Part shown: piece after piece, positions 8,678 to 14,909 of the stretch
Position numbering within the stretch: the stretch's first letter is position 1
How the letters are laid out: the number at the start of each line of letters is the position of its first letter
Source: Azolla caroliniana
Lineage: Eukaryota > Plantae > Polypodiophyta
Assembly (NCBI GenBank): GCA_043228905.1
Contig: JBHGNT010000830.1
Span: 1-14,909, forward strand
Reading direction: 5' to 3'
Length of the DNA stretch: 14,909 bases
Notes under the pieces: generated by a model
Told to the model about the DNA's origin: nothing
The model's database searches: none
The model's input: the letters and a program-made list of their open reading frames with translations, nothing else
Translations under genes and position numbers: made by a program

Positions 8678-9432
8678 TGATCATCGATTAATGTAACTCT
8701 AAATAATAAGAATAATATGAAATTTATACTTATGATGTAATGTAGGGTGATGTAATAGTTAGAGTGTATGACTCTTGTTTGACCGTTAGAGGTTTGAATC
8801 TTGATATTAACATTTTGTGCCAATAAGTGATGAAGTACTATCATGAATCCTACAGTTCAAGTTGGGGAAGTGAAAACAATGCAATATAGCCAAATTTAGT
8901 AGATGAGATACCATAGATACCAACAATAGTATAATACCATAGCAAAGAGACTCTTTGTCTACAAATGTGATAATATGGCAAACTTGTAATTAATGAAATG
9001 CAATAGAAGTATACATGTCATATTTCTTATTGATTTGTTTGGATCTTATTTTCAATTGAATCTCTCATGCCCTCTCTTCCATAAACAAAACCTAGCCCTC
9101 CCACTTTGGGGGTAAGTCTTAACTTCACTTCGTTTTTAAGTACTTAGGCGCTCCTCTTGTATGTGGTTTATCATAAATAAGAAGTGGTGACTAACATGCA
9201 TAATACATGGTATTAATATAAATAATCAAATTGGATAAGACCTAGTGTTATATGTAGTATGTTTTCTCATGGTCTTGTCCAACATTTCAATTACCATGTA
9301 TTTGGTTTCAATCTTGTCCTTATTTTCTTTTGGAATTAACATGCATATGCCATCACTTTGTGCACTTCATGATAATGCAACAATAATGTAATTGATCTAA
9401 TCTATGTAAACCAATAGGGAGTTTCTACCTAA

Positions 9433-9998
9433 TGTGAAAACTAGACAAATGACAACTTTAAGGAACAAGTATTAAGCATTGGGATAACAACACAACCAGT
9501 CACAAATAAGAACGCATCAACAAGGACGTAGTACGAAGAGGAAACGACAAGAGGAAAGGAAAGCAAAGAGACGGCCAAATGTGAAAGGCCTATACCCTAA
9601 ACGTGAAAGCTATATAAACCACATAGTAGTGGCTTTGTGAGGGTTCTCCCATTTGTAAAGATCTCCGATTGATTAGAGCTAGAGCTTCCTCTCCTCTTTC
9701 TTGTAAACCTTTGAGCTTAAGAGAGATTAGTGAAGTGTTGAGTTAGAGAACACTAATCTCTCTCCTTGTTGGTGCTAGACCTCTTAGCAAAGAGGGTTAA
9801 TAATAAATGTACTCTTGCTTCTTATTTTCTATACTATTGATCTATTGTTTATGAGAGAGAGCTTGAGAGAGTGAGAGAGATATCGTGCTTAATCATTTAC
9901 TAATCGTTGAGTGAGTGTGAGGCTCGGAGGTATCCGACAACCATCTCCGCCTAATTTGCCATCAAGAGGGTATACGCCGGTCCGAATCCCGCACGACA
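9433..9998 (+). mobile_element. LTR-like segment (probable solo LTR or LTR fragment); boundaries tentative
   Basis: Starts TGTGAAAACTA, followed by a purine-rich block (about 9520-9580), CTATATAAA (TATATAAA at 9611-9618), a 13-bp inverted repeat (9720-9732/9751-9763), AATAAA (9802-9807), a GA tract and the end ...GCACGACA. No target-site duplication found. Confidence 0.5.
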
Positions 9999-12900
9999 TC
10001 GAGGAGCTTACTCCATCGATACATAGATCCTTAACAACAAGTGATAGATAAGTAATCACTACATGATAGAATGAAATAGGGAACAATAGCTACCATAACA
10101 TCGAAAGTGGTTGGAAAATTTTAAGTACTATATTAGAAGGAATTGTATTATATTACAAGTGTTACATTTCAAGCCCTAGATTATCTTTTTTTTACGATTA
10201 GGTTTGGAGGGTTCATAATATCATATACTAGTTTGACCAACATGTCTTTCTACTCAATGCATGCTAGTTCTCTTACCAAAAGCCAACAAGGCCAAGATTT
10301 AACTATTTAACAATGCATTCCTTTTGTTAGACTAGTTCTCATTGCTAGTTTACACATATGATTATGCACAAATCATGTCCCACTTGACGCCTTGTCACAT
10401 TATTGAATTCATGACCTATAACATTAATAGAAGCAACGTTCAAAAAGAGCATTTATTAAAACATTCTCAATGTATTATGATAAGTACACTTTCAACACAA
10501 TGAAATTATGACCACTTCAACATGCTCTGTTTTTGCATGAAAGGCAAAATTCTTCACCAACCCATTTACGCTTTGATTATCACTATGTAGAGTTTGACTT
10601 CAACCATTTTCTACCCAGTCCACAACTAGATGTAAAAGCTATAATGCTTATTTACACGCTTTGAGCTTCACCAGTTTTGATATGTTCCACTTTCATTTTT
10701 GAAATGATTATACACATTTGAAGGCTTGATCTTCATGGTTTTATTTTATTTTATTCCAAAAAATTGATCTCATGAGTCATTATATTGCACCTAAGAAATT
10801 GGAAAATGTACCCCACTATTACATGCAGCCGACACACGTTGCATAGTTTATGACATAAAACAAAAGTAAATTCGAATCAGCCCATGAAACAAATCATGAT
10901 TACAAATATGTGTGAATTCATGTCATCCATAGTAAAACAAAAATAAATGCTCTAAGCTTTATTTTATCATTATTTTAATGCATATAGTATAATAGTGGAA
11001 TGATGTTTGAGATGGTTTATAAGAAGGAAATCCGTAGCTAATATGTATGAGAGAAGTGATGATTGCACTTCATATCTAGGGTTTATTGGTGTGATGATAT
11101 GAAGAAGTTCAATAAATATAACGCATTAGATAAAGCAAACAATGATTTGGTGATGGTATGACCTATATGCATTGTATCTTAGTGCTTACGATCTTCTTTG
11201 CTATTTGCATTTCTCTACTTGCTCTGTTGTGACCCCTTGACACATTGTTAATGGCCATAAGGAGCTATGGAAGACATAGTTGTTATAGACATAACCCTAC
11301 GAACCAATTTTACAACTAATTTTAATGGGTTAAGGATAGGATAGTTGGGAGACTAGTTATCCTAGTATTTGGGACAAACCCATATGGACTTATGACACGT
11401 GGTGGTGTGGAAGCTTTAGGTGTTGGCTTATGTAAAGGGGACTAACTACCCCCCTTCATTACAACATCTTGAGATGTTATAGATGCTTTATTGGTGAGGC
11501 TAAGATCTCTTCTTGGATCCAATATTCAACAACCAATGTATAATGTAATATCCAATGGCATGTGACATTGTTGGTATTTTATGTTTGTCTCGTGTCCTTC
11601 ACTTAGGAGTGGTTGGTGTGGTTAAGCACCCTTCTCCTTAATCTCGTATTCTTTTATCATCATTAGTTTGATATGTAATATCAAATATGTTTGAGTGTTC
11701 TTACATCTCACATAGATAAGGGCTAATTCTCTATGCATTTGAAGCTCAAGCAAACTTTGATCAGTTTGTCATGGGTTAATCTTTTTCATCACTTGTTGAA
11801 TGGTGAAGGTGCCACACTTCTCCCTGTGGTTGAAAGTTGTTCCTTCACATAATTTTCAAAATCTTTTAGCTCTAGGTATGCAAAGTTCTTATGGGGCCTC
11901 AATCTCTAGCTGGTTTCGAGGAAACTCTAAGCTCACCTATTGCTTTGCATGCACTATGAGTCATGTAGTTGTCCATGTACCTTGATCTTTATATGAATAC
12001 ATTCTCGGAAAATTTCATAAAATGATATTTGTAGTAGTTACCTTTATATGAAGCGACTCCCTTGAGATGAGCTAAGTCTTTTGGGTTCAAAGCCGCTAGA
12101 GGTCTTGCTTCAAACCCTTTTTCCATTCATCATGTTGGAGAGGTTTATGGTATCAAAATGGTGCAAGTTCTTGATTTCAAGGTCTTTTTTGTGGTGTCTT
12201 GACCACAATGTATGGACATCAATAAATATTTAGGTTGTTGTACGATACTTTTAATTAGGAATCTTTTCACTTTGTGAATAAAACATTTTGATTCCCACAT
12301 TGACATTTCTGGTGGCTTGTGACTAGGAAGACCCCTCAGGGTGTAAACACACATACCAATTGATAGGTGACTAACAAGAAATTGTCTTGGTATAATAAGT
12401 TACAAATTACTTGTTTGGACATGAACACACCATGGTGTCTAATAGCCAATAAAACAAACGCAACTCTATTGTTGCCATGACATACGATGCACGAACATGC
12501 ATGGAAGACCAACCCTTCCTCATCTACTTTTAGGTTGAGCTTGCATCAATTTCACACCATTTATTTCCTTGTTTATTAGGAAAGCTAGTGCATGAAATCT
12601 TTCTCCAATCTCATGAAAATAATTCTCTAATTTTTTTCACCTATAGGCAAAGCTATTAAGATGTCGACATAGTTACGTTGTCATCACTATCATTAGTCAC
12701 ACAATTGTGTTTGTTTGAAGAATTACAACGACCAATGTTATTGATATTGTCATCTCAAGATACCCTTTGATAGTTTTTGTTACACAACTAGCATCAAAGG
12801 TTTTGAACATGGGATACGCCAATAATATCTTTAACTTTCAAAAAATACATTTCGGTTTTTCTTTAAAGTTTTTATTATTTTGTCAACTGAATTGTCAACC

Positions 12901-13687
12901 AAAGGGACTGATCAATTTGTCTAATCGGCCTTAATTCAGAGTCTTGCACTATCTCATAATGTCTTCATTTTACATTTAAAACTATCCATTAGTATTGATT
13001 TGTTCATTTTTTAATTAAATTCTGAGAGATTAAAAATACGTGACTAAAATGTCGATTCACACTTTTGCATGGTGTTTTATCACATGTGTTTATATCTATG
13101 CCCTTTTTAATAATATTAATTTGTAGTAATCACAAATATAAAAGTGAAGAAGCTTGAAATGAAGGTACAATGACATTGACAATATTTGACATCACCAAAA
13201 CAATTGATCCTAAGGTCAAGTTGATAATACGAGGATTTGATCATAAGAAATTATGTAACAATCTAATATAGGAATGGATTCAAGACATTCATCTAGGAGA
13301 CAATACCTAGAAGTAAGATAGTCCCTGAAAGAAAATATTCCTCTCTCACTTGAATGCCACAATTAAACAAAACTCTCATTTATTGAGGTTTCTAGAAGAG
13401 GCATCTTTATTGTGGTCGCATAAGAGGTGTTGTCTAGGGTGGTCTAACTTTTTGAGAGTTTGTATTGACAAATTTTGTTTGTTAATAGAGTGCAAAAATT
13501 GAACTTGTGGCTTGGATGTCAAGGTGCGGCATGATGAGATGGGTGTTGATGATGACTCTAAGCATCCCCACCTCGGTTGGTTTGGTGTAGGGAAAGTTAA
13601 GCAATTGAAGAGGGTCATAAACACTTTGTTGGTGGCTAAGTAATTTGAAAGCCACCATCAATCATGAAGAGGACAAAACATAGGGTT

Positions 13688-13849
13688 CATGCATATCTCA
13701 ACATGTGGTTCACGAATCATTGTTGGAACTTCTTGTCAATGTGTCTCTTTGAAGAATTAGTGATGCCATGCAAATCTCAACATGTGGTTCACGAATCATT
13801 GTTGGAACTTCTTGTCAATGTGCCTCTTTGAAGAATTAGTGATGCCATG
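13688..13849. repeat. Recent 79-bp tandem duplication bounded by CATG microhomology
   Basis: 13688-13766 versus 13767-13845 are 77/79 identical. CATG occurs at 13688, 13767 and 13846. Confidence 0.95.
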
Positions 13850-14199
13850 GGGGTTACTCACCTTAGTAGTTTGGAGATAAGATCTCATACATCAATCACC
13901 CATCCTCACGTTTCAAGGGGACAAAGGGCAGATTATAACCGCATTTTATCAAAATAGAGTGTAGAATACAAGAGCAAATCTACCCATTGTTTTAGCTCCA
14001 ATGTTAGGGTAGAAACTGTACAACCTCATCAAATGAGTGGCAAGTCATATAGGTTGAACTGCCATGGTATTTAGGACCACATCGTAGTCTCTATGACAAT
14101 TGCATGACTTAAATTCATGAATCAAGATCTAGGCAATGACGATGTTATTGATGCATCAAAGTTGTGAATTAGATGTTGGCCAACCTACAACACCTCCAA

Positions 14200-14909
14200 T
14201 AAGAGAATATGATATTGTGGAGCATTGCAACATGAACTCTACATTGATCTACTTGTAAGTTCAAAATCTCTAAATACATTGATCCTGAGCCCCAAGGAGC
14301 CTATAATTAATTAGCTTATTGAATAAGTTTGATGGTAACCATTAAAAGTTTTGCGGTTTATCAATCGAGACTTCTTAATCATTAAGCTACATACCTTTTT
14401 ATACCAACTTGGTCTAAGCGAAGACGGATTGTTCTGCACCTTACTCTCAAGAACAACTCGTGCTTGTTTCGTCTCATTGGTGGAACCCCACACCTTGTTG
14501 CCCGAGAACTTGTCAAACTTCTTGCAAGCTATGAGCCACATTTGGAGACTTGCACAAGCAACAAACCTAGGATAATATGATTTTCTATTATCAACAATGA
14601 TTGAAATCCAACCTCTAGCTATGTATGCATCCAAATTTTGTCTAGTTCCTTGGAATGTGAATCAAGAAGAGTAGGATTTGGTTGAGTAGCTTGATCCTTG
14701 CACTTCCCAACAATGTATAGAATTTGCTAATGAACCTCAACAACTCAAATCCCCCTCAAGAGAAGCTATCACTCAAGTGGGTTGTGTGTCCACTGATTAT
14801 TTGAATTGCATAGTATGTGTATATCAGTCACCGCTCCTTGGCCATGATAGCCACAACATCAACCAAGTGAACCTTCAATCCATCCATCATATGAGTGGAT
14901 GCCCACAAC
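14200..14909 (-). mobile_element. Possible highly decayed LINE (L1-type) ORF2 C-terminal remnant
   Basis: Minus-strand LWASTHMMDGLKVHLV...AKE loosely resembles FLW.G....K.HLV.W.....PK. ORF 14311..14634 has W....DKFSGNKVW...PSWYKKV, loosely like the G.FSVKSAY...W.K.W lead-in to zf-RVT. The similarity is weak. Confidence 0.25.

Noticed and set aside
12148-12159. TGGTATCAAAAT resembling a tRNA-Met primer-binding site
   Set aside because: Only a partial match to TGGTATCAGAGC, with no upstream LTR ending in CA and no recognisable gag downstream.

Overview
AT-rich eukaryotic DNA, almost certainly land-plant nuclear (spliceosomal intron, plant-type LTR retrotransposons). It holds one host gene: a two-exon DUF599-family membrane protein gene (+, 1190..1372 and 1479..2126, 276 aa). 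The rest is mostly decayed transposon sequence. (1) A 5'-truncated Ty1/copia element (Tnt1/Tork-like) on the minus strand (about 3685..7210), with its 3' LTR, PPT and broken INT-RT-RNaseH. (2) A ~790-bp solo-LTR-like insert nested in that element. It carries a 23-24-bp tandem repeat, several hairpins and an antisense tRNA-like Pol III A-box/B-box cassette. (3) A GC-rich Ty3/gypsy remnant (+, about 7830..8677) in which the protease/pre-RT region joins directly to the integrase C-terminus. (4) A second LTR-like segment (about 9433..9998) with the same architecture and terminal motif as the nested insert. (5) 47-bp and 79-bp tandem duplications, and a possible very old LINE remnant at the right edge. 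I see no convincing novel multi-gene system. The best leads are the tRNA-like cassette inside the LTR-like insert and the atypical gypsy integrase. All family assignments come from motif recognition, not database searches.
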